From Felis catus (Eukaryota), in the NCBI RefSeq assembly GCF_018350175.1, contig NC_058368.1, forward strand, positions 14,634,001-14,698,000: a stretch of 64,000 bases of DNA, read 5' to 3'. The number at the start of each line of letters is the position of its first letter. Positions within the stretch are counted from its first letter, which is position 1. The notes below the pieces were generated by a model. It searched no databases. It saw nothing but the letters and a program-made list of their open reading frames with translations, and was not told the origin of the DNA. The position numbers were made by a program, and so were the translations under genes. Of this stretch, positions 25,740-38,038 are shown in pieces.

Positions 25740-26240
25740 ACGGTTAACCATACCTCAGTTTCCCTTTCGATGTGCCCTGCTCCTGTACTGTGTGGTTCCA
25801 GTGAGGATGACCATAGTCCCATCTTTGAAAGTGGGGCAAGGATGGGCTTGTGACCCAGGAGCAACCATGAGCCTAGTGCACTGCCCAACATCCACAACTG
25901 GCTCAGCAGGGCTACGCAAGCCAGTTAATAGGACGCAAGGAGGTTTTCACTGGAATTTCACATTTATAATGAATCCCAATTGTGGAAGGATGGTGGGCTT
26001 GGAGCTGCTTCCTACCTCCTAGTACCATGTGAAGCTCCAGTCTAAAGGCAACATAGGGAGGCAGAGTGGAGGGATGGAAAGAAACCATGCCATGGCTGAG
26101 TGCTGAATCCATCCATCACTGAAGCCAGACCCAAACTTGGAACCTTTCAGATTAGAGGAAATAATAAATTTCTTTTTTTGTTTAAGCCAGTTTGGTTTGG
26201 GTATTAGTCACCTGCAATCAAAGAAGTCCTAACTGATGCG
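25740..26240 (+). mobile_element. MaLR LTR relic (MLT1K/L-like)
   Basis: 3' end AATAAATTTCTTTTTTTGTTTAAGCCAGTTTGGTTTGGGT...TGCAATCAAAGAAGTCCTAACTGAT; 5' boundary uncertain. Confidence 0.65.
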
Positions 26241-26679
26241 TCTCTGAGTACGCTTCAATCACTCTTGCCCTACATCTTGGCTCAAGTGTTCACCTATCTG
26301 ACATTACTTCTCCTCCTTCCTGTCCACTCAAATTTATCCATGTTCCGAGATTTGATCAAACTCAAATCTCGATGGTAGAATCTGAAACTTCTTTGCATTT
26401 TCCAGAATGCCTAGCGACTGTGGCACATATATTAGAAACATATTAAATATTTCTCAATTAATAGGGGATTAAACTATTTTAGATGATTTTGTGCCTTCTG
26501 AATAACAACCAAAAAAATGGAACTCTATAATACAAAAGCAACTCTATAATACAAAAGAGTAAGAACTTAAAAGCATCACAAGTTAATATTTAAGGATACG
26601 GCATGATCAAATGGTTATGTCACATAAAGTTAATATTCTCTTACACTCATATCATTATCTATCTACTCAACAACCACTT

Positions 26680-26834
26680 ATTGTAAAATTCTCGTCATGG
26701 TAAACTGATGGTAAAACATGGTGAACCGTCATCTATCATAGCTTTAGAATTTTAATTGTAAAATTCTCATCATGGTAAACTGATGGTAAAACATGGTGAA
26801 CCGTCATCTATCATAGCTTTAGAATTTTAATTGT
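26680..26834. repeat. Tandem duplication of a 75-bp unit
   Basis: 26681-26755 and 26756-26830 are identical except for one G/A (26694 vs 26769). Confidence 0.97.
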
Positions 26835-26873
26835 GGCTATAAAATGAACTTGCCTCTAAAGTATATGTAGTCT

Positions 26874-27086
26874 GGGGCACCTATGTGGCTCAGTCAGTTA
26901 AGTGTCCCACTCTTGATTTCAGCCCAGGTCATGATCTCATGGTTCATGAGATCAGTTCATGAAATCAAGCCCGGCATCAGGCTCAGCAAAGAGCCTGCTT
27001 GGGAATGTCCCTCTCCCCCTCTCTCTCTCTGCCCCTCCCCTGCTCACCTGCTCTCTCTCAAAATAAATAAATAAATAAACTTAAAA
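26874..27086 (+). mobile_element. CAN-SINE (older)
   Basis: GGGGCACCTATGTGGCTCAGTCAGTTAAG head, CT-rich body, (AAAT)n tail. Confidence 0.9.
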
Positions 27087-29975
27087 ATATATAGTATGAC
27101 AGTTCAAATTTTACACTCGAATTCTGTAGACTCCATTTGTAGTACAAAACAGATGAATTCACCAAGATAACAGAACAATGTGCTATTCCATAATTTTAAA
27201 AAGTTATTGTTACACAATATATATTCAATCCAACTGCCAGTTTATTTCTCCCCCCAAAAAGCATTCAAAACACCACTTTTCCCCTTAAGTGCTGCATCAC
27301 AAATTTAAATTCTGGTCCCTTTCAATGATTTCTGGCAGGCTGCTTTCCTCTTTATCAATTACCAAAATTCCCAGTATCAAGCAAATAGGGTCTCTCCTTA
27401 ATGCCTGTCTTTGTAAGGGAAGTTTGTCCTCATGTAGAGCCTGGACGTTCCATTAAAACTTAAGACTTCCTAACAGATTTATTATTCTATTAGTTATTTT
27501 GCTCAGTTTGCAGGTTTGTTAGAACCGACATGAATGGCCTTGCAGTAGAATTCCCAAGTGTCTCCTCAGTAAGTTATCACTTTGTTAAGAACTCATAAGA
27601 GAATCTGAAGCCTGCATTATCACATTTTGGTGCTAATTACCACAGGTTAGAGGTGAGCAAGAAATCTCTTGAGATTCTGGAGTTGACCGGTAGTAACCAA
27701 ATATGAAGCTCTAATCTAGTTACTTAAAATATGTACCAGATAACAACTGCTATCCTGTGTACTGAGTTACAGCTAAATAATAGCGTACTGGGGGATCCTG
27801 GCAAACAGTACACATAGATGACCGTATAAAATGATAAGGAGAAACTAATATAAACCTGTCCTACACAGAAGAAACACTACCTCAGACTGTAAGTTCTTGA
27901 TTATCACAGTGTCCTTGGGAGCTGCTGGATCAAGTGTGAAAACTAAGGAATGGTAAAACAATGCCAGCAACCTCAACAATTCAGGTGGCTATACACACAG
28001 TAGTTGGAAGTCTTGGAGAAATTAACATCCATCAGATTTTGGTGTCTGGTGCAATACCAAGCATGCATGAATAAAAGACAGCGCTTGCCTATTACTGAAG
28101 AAATAATTCCAACAACAGACAGAGCTAATGAACTCGGTCACTGGCCTCTTCTGTTACAATGAAACAATACTATCCCCCTCATAGCACTCAGATATTTTAA
28201 ATCTTTATTTTTGACGTTACTTTTGGGAATCAGCATAAATATAGAGGCCATATCCATCTAGCATATCTATGAAACGTTGAAGGGAAAATATAGCATGGAG
28301 GAGGAAAGTCAGGAATGGATCAAGAATATGAACCAGAACATTAGCTTTGTTTTTGCCAGTCTGCATCACCCGCATCTCTGTAATGTTTGTCTTGTCGGGT
28401 AGCTTTAGCTTAATCCGCTTGGAAGCAGCAATTGGGGTAAGTCAGGAGAGCTAGCTTTTTGTCCTAGCTCGGCTAATTATGTGTCCTTGGACATGTTTCT
28501 TAACCACATTGAGGCCCATAGATGGAAGGGGAGATACAGTGCATGATCCCTAGGGAAACTTTCACCTATGAAATACTATGAATATGCTTAATATCACCAT
28601 CAATCTACTCTAATGGCTTATGTTTTTCTCTTAGCAAACAATAGGCTTTGCAGTCTATGGATCAAAAATAATTCTGTTCTGCAACACGGGCAGGACTTGC
28701 AAGAGATGAACCTCATTTAAGTTGTGAGGCAATGTTTTGTGTCATGGCATAATTATTGGATTTAAGTAACAGCATTTTTCAGAGGCAAACGTTGACTGAT
28801 TTTCCGTTTTTGCTTTTCTTAATTTATTGCTAGCCATCACAAGTAGTCTTCATTTCATTAATAAAAGAACATTATTGTGCATTTTGCCTTTTAGCCCATC
28901 CATTATTCATACTACCAAGGAGACTAAACTGAGGATGCAGCTGTTGGGGCATTAATCTCAGGAACCCTTTCCCTTGCTCGCCCTCACTCTGTAGGGACTG
29001 AGCTACGATTTGCTCGCCACTTTGGACATGTTTTGCTTGCTAGTAAAATTAAACTGGCAAATCGATTGAGATAGTCACCTTCCTCGTTTCATTCGGCTTT
29101 CTGTCATGCTTATTATGATTCTGTTTTGTTCTGCTTTCATATCCGTTTGGGGTCTCGCCAAATCTGGATATATGACACGGTATTGCCCTATTGAAATGGC
29201 AAAAGGTTGCCTCATGGAATGAAACCTAGTAGCCTTCTAAGCTACTTCCTAGGTGTGACTCTTCAGTGTTCTTTCCTTCCTGCCCCAGGCAGAACTGCCC
29301 GGATGCTTCTCCACCACCTTTCTTAAACACAGGCTCCTCTTGCTGGTCTGTTCTTAGTGGAATCCCAAATTGTCCCTGCTCTCTAGAATGGGTTTCTGAT
29401 GGCCTCCCACTGGAGGGTTAAAATTACAGCCACTTGCTGAGCTCAGGCTTCTAGAGGACAAAATCCACGTGCTCCCTCTGCCCTACAGACCCTGATATTC
29501 TCATAAGAGAAGCTAAACTGATCTGCCGTCTTGTTTTCCCTTCATCATACTAGTAACCCAAAGCACAACCACAGCCATAATTAACCTTAAGAAAACCTAT
29601 GGAAATGTAGAACTTACTAAGCAGGTAAGTTATGGGTATTTCTTTTTACTACAAAACAACTTTTTAGCTTTACTGAAAGACTTCCTCTCAGGTTGCTATA
29701 AATGGAATGCTATCCTAGAGCATCTGATATGTAATTTAATTGTCCAAACTTTAATATACTCCAAATCTTTCAAAAACATGTTTATCCTCAAAATTAAGGT
29801 TCTTCTATATTAATGGTCCCTTTATTATACAGTTCAATCATTTATTCATTGATTTAACAGACATTTATTGAGGGCCTACTATGTGCCAGACATTCCAGTA
29901 GGTGGTAGAGATACAGTTTTTCACAACCCCACCAGATGGTACCTTTTAACTTAGAAATATTTTCCCCCTAGGATG

Positions 29976-30197
29976 GGAGTGAAACAACTTTTTATGGAAA
30001 GGCCGAAGAGTTAATATTTCAGCCTCTGCAGGCCATACGATTCTTTGACCCAAGTATTCAACTCTACCACTGTATGGCAAACAGAGCCATAGACAATTTA
30101 TAAATGAATGCGTGTGGCCTTGTTCCAATAAGACGTTCTTTACAAAAATAGGCAGTGGGCTAGACTTGGCCCAATGGCTGTAGTGTGCCAATCTCTG
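29976..30197 (+). mobile_element. MER58A (hAT-Charlie) DNA transposon
   Basis: GGCCATACG...TCAACTCTACCACTGTA...GCCATAGACAAT...GTTCCAATAAG...TTTACAAAAATAGGCAGTGGGC...GTAGTGTGCCAATCTCTG follows the MER58A consensus as recalled. Confidence 0.85.
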
Positions 30198-30539
30198 CCC
30201 CGGAGAGTAACATTTAAAACTTATACTTCATGAGGATTTTTGGCAACAGAGTACTTTAAGTATCACTTAATGCCACAAATGCTCATGAATAATATAAGTT
30301 ACTCGGCAGTCTATCCCAATCAGAGCATCAAAAATGCTCATGGTTCTACTTTAATAGCGGATGCTTTGATCTGCAGCGAGATCGGTTTTCTCAGGCAGAT
30401 CTGTCTGCTATGTTGAGTGCAAGATATTCTCCTGGAAATGAGAGGAACCCTGTGAAGCAATGTTTTCTGAGTTCCTCCTTTGGGCAGGGGTCTGTGAAGG
30501 CACGTCAGCACAGGCAGCTCATACAATCCTGGCCACAGG

Positions 30540-30690
30540 TTTGGGAGGTTGGTAATACTCTTCACATGTTTACAGATGGGGAAATTGAAAATCAGAGAAA
30601 AACGTGGAACGTGCCTAAGGTCACACTGCGGGAAGTGCTGTGGGCTGGATCCCAAACCAGTCCTTCCCAACAGCAAAGTCATCAACTCTC
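30540..30690 (-). mobile_element. MIR SINE
   Basis: Core TTTACAGATGGGGAAATTGA...CCTAAGGTCACAC. Confidence 0.7.
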
Positions 30691-33269
30691 TACACGCTGT
30701 GCTGCCAATCTCTAACCAAGTTCGTTACATCTCAATTTTCAGGACTTTTTGGTTTCTCTAAGTGTCAAGTGGCTTGCATGTATTTGAGAATTGTCTGGCT
30801 TCAGCAGATGGACATTTACACTCTTTCTTAATAGAATAACAGTGTGTCAATACTTATGGATTAAGTTCTTCATGACTCTTCTTCCTACATACTTACACCA
30901 AATAAAATCTATGTCGTATCAGCAAACATCACTGGGGAACATCTGGAGTCAAAGGATGGCAGGAATAAATACGTAGGAGAGTGTAGATTTTTTTTTTTTT
31001 ATCAAAAAGAGGAAAAGAGATTCTGAAGCAAGGTCAAAAATAAATATGATATTTTCGATCAATACTGAACAATCGAGGATGTCAAGAGAAGTTTAAAATC
31101 TCACTTCACCTTATACCCAATCAGTAAGTCTTGGGATGCCATGACAACTTCTCATTTTAATACTAAGTATGTTATATTTCTAAAGACAGAGAGATATTGT
31201 TGACCTCCTCTCTTAGGGGGCCTCTGAAAATAAAAAGACAAAATCTCAAACAGTGAGCACCCTGTTGGACTCGGCGAAATAACACGTATGTCTCATGCTT
31301 CCTGTGTTTGAATACCATTGGTGGGCCTACAGTCCTGCCCATCTTTTGAGCGTCTCGGCTTCACTTTTTAACATCCAGGTACAGTTGCAAAACCAAACCT
31401 CCTACTTCCCTGATCCTTTTCTCTGTCATCACAGCTTGGGTGGTTTGAAGTTTAAATCTATGCCTTCCCTACGTGTTAAACCCTCGGTTACAGAGTCTCA
31501 GGACTGGCGTGGAGTAGGGTGGTTAGTCCCTTGCTGGAACGGAGGCGTCTGCTCCTCCTTCTGCCAGTGCTCTGACACTCACTGGGGAGCACTCTCTCCA
31601 CGGTGGAGGAAGGCCAAGGCAACTCGCAGCGAAACAACCTGCAATGCATGGAACTTGCGGTGGGCATTTGGCTGCTGGCGGAGGCTGGCCTGGGAGCCCT
31701 TCAGACACCATGCTGGGGTCTCCTCTCTGGCTTTCATGGGAACTCTTCTTTCAAACCTACACCAAGCAAGATGCATTTAACTGACCCCATTCCTTTTAAA
31801 AGCCGAGCATGACAGCATTTAATAGCCTTGCAAAGACTGCGCTTGGCTGCCACCGCTCTGCCTCATTACTCACTGTTTCAGGATGGTGCTTGAATCCAAT
31901 ATGCACATTTTAGTCACGTCATGCCTGGGAACTCAACCACCCTTTTGTCCTAGCTCACCTCCGCATTTTATCTTATCTAGCATTTTCAGCTTACGTCTTG
32001 TTTGGATATTTGTTCTGTTTAATCGGGTTACCACGTTCTGGCTGTTGCCTTGTTCTGCGTGTGGAAGATGCAGGATTCTTCTCCGTGTGTTGTTGGCCAT
32101 AGCACCTGCCACAGTGACAGCTTCACTTGAGAGAGGCACAGAATGTGTATGACCACATCCCCCTTGGATAAGGACGCATTTTCAGGAGGGGACAATGTAA
32201 CGAGATGTAAGTGGTTTCCAGCGGCTCACGGTAAGGCCATGAGGGAGTGGAATGGCCTCAACGGCTCATTCCTCGGGGAGTGTCCCCCCTGGACTCAAGG
32301 TGACAGGACCAAGGACTCCTGGAAAAATGGGCCAAGGAGGACACTGCTCCCCTGGTTACAGCTTGGAAGCAGCTCCCCCATTAAGAAGCAAGAGAATGAA
32401 GGAGAGAAAGAGGAAAGCGGACCCCCACCATTTCTCTACCATCACCAAAAAGCCTATTACAAAGGACATGACAATTCTGGGCACCCCGAAGAGATGCTTT
32501 TTCCAGCCCATGCCCTGATGCGAGCTGCTTTACAAAAAAGCAACCCCGACTCCCAAGTGTTATGCTCAGAGAAGTGAAAACAGCCATGAGCACTTGTAAA
32601 CACAACAATTGGGAGCGGGGATGTTTGCCTCTAATGATTGTTTATGTTGGAAGTTGGCTGCCACCGTGGTTAGACAAATGCTCCTACTTCATGGAGATAA
32701 AAGGCAAGCATTTGCAATCAGTGAGGAGAGTGTGTTCGTTCTGAGGCTAAATGGCATTATAAAACTTCCTAATTAAGCATATATGCCGATGAGTTTTTAG
32801 CCTCGTTTCTCCAATTTAACTTTACATACTGGGTGTGCTGTTTACTCCAACATTAACTATAAACATTGTTGTTACTGCCCCCAGCTGGAAAACAGAGCAG
32901 TTTATGTGTGGAAGAAAAAAGAGATTATCTCCCATCTGCTCCTGCCCATTATTCAGGGATGTGTCATTTTGTCTGCTGATGGGAACCATCACTAGGATTT
33001 TAGTCAAATGGCCTTTTTATACTTGGCTACATTTATTAATTATTGTGTTTACTTGGCATTTTGCTCCCACCCCTAATCTCACAAATCCAGCAACGGAATC
33101 TCCCAGAGCTTTCTTTTTGAAATCAGATTAATTTATATGTGCAATGTGTGTTGTACCAGTATGCACAACTGTAATTAGGCATATTTGATGCCTATTTTTA
33201 ATTGTATATCAACTTTACTCATATATATTTGGTGACTATGCCTGAGGTTAGGAGGCACACAATTAACAA

Positions 33270-33535
33270 AAAGGGCAGAGCATGGAGTGATTCCATTTAT
33301 ATAAAGTACAAAACCAGGCAAAGCTAATTAACGTGGATAGAGTCCAGGTCAGTGTTTACCCTTGGGGCTACGTGACCCTCCTGGAAGGGCCCTGAGGTGG
33401 AGGGGGGTAATCTCCAGAGGTGCTAGAAATGTTCTGTGCCCGACCTGGGGGCCCTTACAGGGGCGTGTTCAGTTCGTGAGAATTCATGATATGTGCACCC
33501 TTCTGAATGCAGATTATCCTTCAGTGAAAAGTAAA
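33270..33535 (+). mobile_element. Old L1 (L1ME-like) 3' fragment
   Basis: GATTCCATTTATATAAAGTACAAAACCAGGCAAAGCTAAT...GGTGCTAGAAATGTTCTGT...GAGAATTCAT. Confidence 0.7.
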
Positions 33536-33915
33536 AGCCGGAGAGACCGTTTTCTACATTAAAAAGTCAAAAAGAAGAGTCTGCATAAAGGTAAATCCTG
33601 ATTAATCCCCCCCCCCAAAAAGGTTAAAAATAAAACAGAGTTCTTTCTATACATATAAAGTTAATTTACTTAAGTAAATAAAAAGGTTGCGTGTAATCAG
33701 TCTAGAAGACACAAATAGCCTTCGACGTAAAACTGATTTTAAAACATTCATTTAAGTTTAGGTGTTTTCCTGCTTTAAACAGACTTGGAAACTATCATGA
33801 CTTTAGTATACTGGATAGTTTGTCAAAGTGTGCCCTTTACTGCTTTCTTAAGCCCTTTGTTTTGAGTGTAGAAGTAAAAATTAGGAATAATTACTTGGGA
33901 GTTAAAATTACATAT

Positions 33916-34014
33916 TGTGTGTGTGTATATCTTATATCTATATCTATATCTATATCTATATCTATATCTATATCTATATCTATCTATCTATCTAGATAGA
34001 TATACACACACACA
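33916..34014. repeat. Compound microsatellite (TG)n-(TATATC)n-(TATC)n-(CA)n
   Basis: Direct reading. Confidence 0.9.
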
Positions 34015-35076
34015 TATATTTCTTGTTTTCTAAAATTTAGTAGTCTAATGCATGAAAAAAACATCAGGTAGCTACATTTCTGCAGATAGACTCCATCACT
34101 TGATGGAAACAAATACCAAAACCCCTGGAATTTTTCCTAGCAAACACTAAGATGTGGAGCTTTACCTGGAGATCATTTCAGAAACATCGAGATGGAGGAG
34201 AAAAGTTCCCTGGGACTTCTCAGAGTAAATTTTCCAAATCATCAAAAACCATCCTGCCTGTGGATAACTTAAAGAGACACAAACAATGCCCCTTGAAGGA
34301 AATGCCAGGGCAGTTGACTAGAATAGAAAATGATTGGATAGAATTCTTAGCCCAGTTTAAAAAAAAACAAAAATCGATACCTCCCATACACAGTCCCTTT
34401 GCTTCTGCAGATAAGCCGGCTAAGTAATCTGACAGTTACAAAATATTGAAAAATAAATTCATGCAATAGCTAGTACATAAAGGGATTTCCAGGGGGAGAG
34501 AGGTAACAATAAAACGAAAACAAAACAAAACAAAAAGGTGGAGAATTTGAAAACACAAGCTTACCAACACACACAATGCATTCTATAGCTCATTGTACTT
34601 GGAGAAGCTTCTACTACTAACGTGTAAATGCATTGTTTCATCCATCTAATAAGGTCAAGGTTGGGCTTGATGACTTTAAAATGACAGTATATACTTCTAT
34701 AGAACGTACACTAAGGCACTATTGTTCTTCCATTTGTTAAGGGACAGAAGAGCACCGGTAATCATTGTTTTAATTAGCAACATCAGGAAAAGGCTTTGGC
34801 ATTAACACTAAATATACTGTCCTTTTAACTGTAAGGAAAATTGATACTGAGCATGTGCAATGGAAAGAAAGCTGGCAAATGTCAGTGTGAATAATGGGTG
34901 AAAAAAAGGAATGAGGGGGTGTGGCATCTCAATCAAGATTAAAATGAAACTGATAAAGCAGCATATGGACTGGATAACAAATCAAAAGCATGTTTATCCA
35001 CTGAAGGAACTGGTTAATGGAGACTGCCAGCACGTTGCCATGGAAACACTGACTGTTGAGCTGCACCATCTCATAC

Positions 35077-35150
35077 CTTATCCAATACATTCCTGGTTGC
35101 TGGTAGTAGTCCAAAGACCCTGATCTCTTGATGGTAAACCCGTGGTCCAG
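35077..35150 (-). CDS. DCLK1: DCLK1 74-nt alternative cassette exon that shifts the frame of the last exon
   Basis: LDHGFTIKRSGSLDYYQQPGMYWI(R); acceptor TTTCTCTCTGCTCAG, donor AG|GTATGA; peptide matches the known alternative DCLK1 C-terminus as I recall it. Confidence 0.95.
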
Positions 35151-36731
35151 CTGAGCAGAGAGAAATGGGGGCAACTCAGTGGATCGACATTGTGCTAAAG
35201 AATTAACGACTCCAGACCAAGCTCTTCTTCATTGACTATATATTCATATATAGTTACGATGCCTCTTCTGCAGGGTAACTAGCTAATACCCTAAATCTGC
35301 ACCTTGAAAATAAAAAGGCAAGAAAAAACACTAATCCCTCATGAATATCTCGGAGGCCAATTTGTTAGAATAGATCTAATTTGTCAGACAAGGTTTTGAA
35401 TGCACATTTAATAATGTCCTCTCAATTTCAAAAGATATAAACACCTCTTCATATGCCATAGAATGGAAAATGCTTCACAATTAAATGAAGTACTGAAATC
35501 AGTTTTAGCCACCTAGGAGAAAGCAGATCAGACCCCCTCCTCCCCATCTTACCCCATCAGGCTTAAATTTGAGGGCTTCGTAAATATGAAATAAAAGATG
35601 ACAGGAACCCTCACAAATCACAGCGATTTGGAATTCTTTCTTGAAGAGTTAATCTTCGAAAGCAGAACTACTCTTAAAGGTGAATCTTAATTACATTTCT
35701 GAACTAAAAAGATATAATATAAAACAGTAAGTTTTCTCTATGAAAATACAGAAAATAAAATGAAATGAAAAATAGTTTTCAGTGTATATTAAAAATGCAT
35801 ATGTACAGTCAAGAGCTTAAGATTAACCAAAGGTACAATAAATAGAAGACAGGATAAGGTCTCAAAGTTGTTCATCCTGGAATAAGATGTTAGGCTTTGG
35901 CTACCTAGGAATAAAAGGTTCAATCCCCAAACTTGAAAACAATACCCATGCGGTACACCCACTCGCCCATTCTGCCCACGAGAGGAGGCAACACGCACAC
36001 CTTTCTTTAGAGAGAAGCCCGAGAGTGCTGTGCTGACAGTTTCTACTTCTGAATTCACAAAGGCATGGCAAAAACAGGCTGGGGCACCAGACGTTTAAAC
36101 TAAAAACTGCTTGGAGGACTGGGGGTTCTGATTATAAACTAGGCTCTCTGGGTGTTCGTGGAACAATGATGTGAGATTTTAATCTTTAAAAAAGGTGCGT
36201 TTCGTTTCATTTAAGAAAAAAAAAAAAGAATCCAAGTACCCTTGCCTCAGGGAGTCATATGAAGTCCTGCACTTCTGTTTTAGTCCACGGAGTTGGCTAC
36301 TCGGTAACTAGTCCTCTGTTGCCATCTACAGGCCAAGTGTCCCATAACAGGACACACATTGGAAGGCGTTAGTGCCACGGGCTCTCACTGTACGACTCGG
36401 CTTCCCAAAATCACAATTATTTGCACACTGATTAGTATGGATTTGTTCAATTAGACTGAAATGCTCTATTTGCATGAGCAAAATGCAAAGGAAGAACTTT
36501 AAAGCATTAGGAAAATTATCGGTTAAAATAATAAACAGAATTAAATGAGGAAAAATAAATTGGAACTGACATCTTAGTCATCGGTTCTTCATCAAGCTGA
36601 GCAAATCTAATAATGCCTCCCTCCCTCCCTCAGCTCCCAAGAAGTCCACCGTTAAAATGTCATCTCTAATTCCATTTTATGTCTATAAATTGCATTTTAA
36701 TAACCTTTTGTTTCCCTTTCTCTGTTCTGTT

Positions 36732-36737
36732 GTGTGT

Positions 36738-36768
<31 letters not shown>
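36732..36768. repeat. (TG)n microsatellite with one interruption
   Basis: Direct reading. Confidence 0.9.
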
Positions 36769-37722
36769 CGCGTTTTAATCCCCCAACTACTGAGAAAGGT
36801 AGTAAAGGGACAATGGAGTCTTTCTGAGAAGGCAGAGTGCTGCATTTACAAGGGTAGCAATGGGTTTCCACCTAATCACGTCACCTGACCTCAATGTCAG
36901 ACACCCTTTCTCCTTTTAGAAGGGTCGGGTGATCGCCATGGGCCTCCAGCTGGTAATTACTCTCCTGGCCAACTTGAGGACCTCTTGCAACCTTAATATA
37001 AAGTTATCATTTGCCCTTTCTTTGGTCTTAATAATGCAGGGGGTGGGAAGCAGAGAAGAAAAAAAAATGACAACAGGAACAAAAAACACTGAGGTTCAGA
37101 ACCACGAGTGCATGTTAAACTATGCTCGTGTCATAAATTACATCTGAGACTAGATCCTGTTTGTTATGACAGGATGCTCTTTTTCCTTTGTCACTTTGGG
37201 AAAGAAAAAGTGTCATGAATTCCTTTATAAGCATTGCTGATCTCCAGTGGGTAGATTTCTAACTAAGGAAAGAGGAGTGCCAGTTAAAGATTAATGTTTT
37301 AATTGTTGATTTCCTGAAAATATAAGCTGACTGATACTACATTCTAAATACCTTTTGTTTTTCATTTTAAAGGGTGTGTGTAATTTCCAAACAATCGGTC
37401 CCATAGAGGCAGTTTAAAATTAAAATACATTATTTTATAGCCTCTGGGGAGAGCACACGTGCCCATGGGAAAAAATTCTGTCTGAACGAAATGTATGCTG
37501 CAATCAGTTTTTCTTATCTATCAATAGAAGCCATTTATATTATATTAATTATAGGAATTTTTCATATAGGTGAATTAATAATCATATTGCATTATTAAAT
37601 TGTTGAATGGTGTTTATAGGATGCACCATTTATGAAGGATATTCCTCCTACCTCCCACTTATAGTCTGCCTCAGAGCAGAATATCATTCTTTGGCAGTTA
37701 TGCCATAGTTTGAATTGGAATA

Positions 37723-38038
37723 CAGTTGACTCTTGAACAATGAGGGTAGGGATGCTGACCCCCAGCACAGTCAAAAATCCATGTATAACTTTTGAGTCCC
37801 CCAAATTTAACTACTAAAAGACTACTGGAGACTGGAAGCCTTACTGATAACAGGAAATTAACACATATTTTGTATATATATTACACACTGTGTAAATAAA
37901 GTAAGCTGGAGGGAAGAAAATGTCATTAAGAAAATCGTAAGAGAAAATACACTTACAGTCCTGTATATATTTATTTAAAAACACCCACATCTAAGCGGAC
38001 CCATACAGCTCAAACCCGTGTTGTTCAAGGGTCAACAG
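37723..38038 (-). mobile_element. Tigger2-type non-autonomous DNA transposon
   Basis: TIRs CAGTTGACTCTTGAACAA and TTGTTCAAGGGTCAACAG with TA on both sides; interior is antiparallel to the copy at 5975-6751. Confidence 0.88.

Noticed and set aside
26680..26834. Direct repeats considered as a CRISPR-like array
   Set aside because: Only two abutting copies with no spacers, in mammalian DNA; it is a simple tandem duplication.
31295..32608. Cluster of 60-160 aa ORFs on both strands in the last intron
   Set aside because: No recognisable protein family or exon structure; I cannot support a nested gene.
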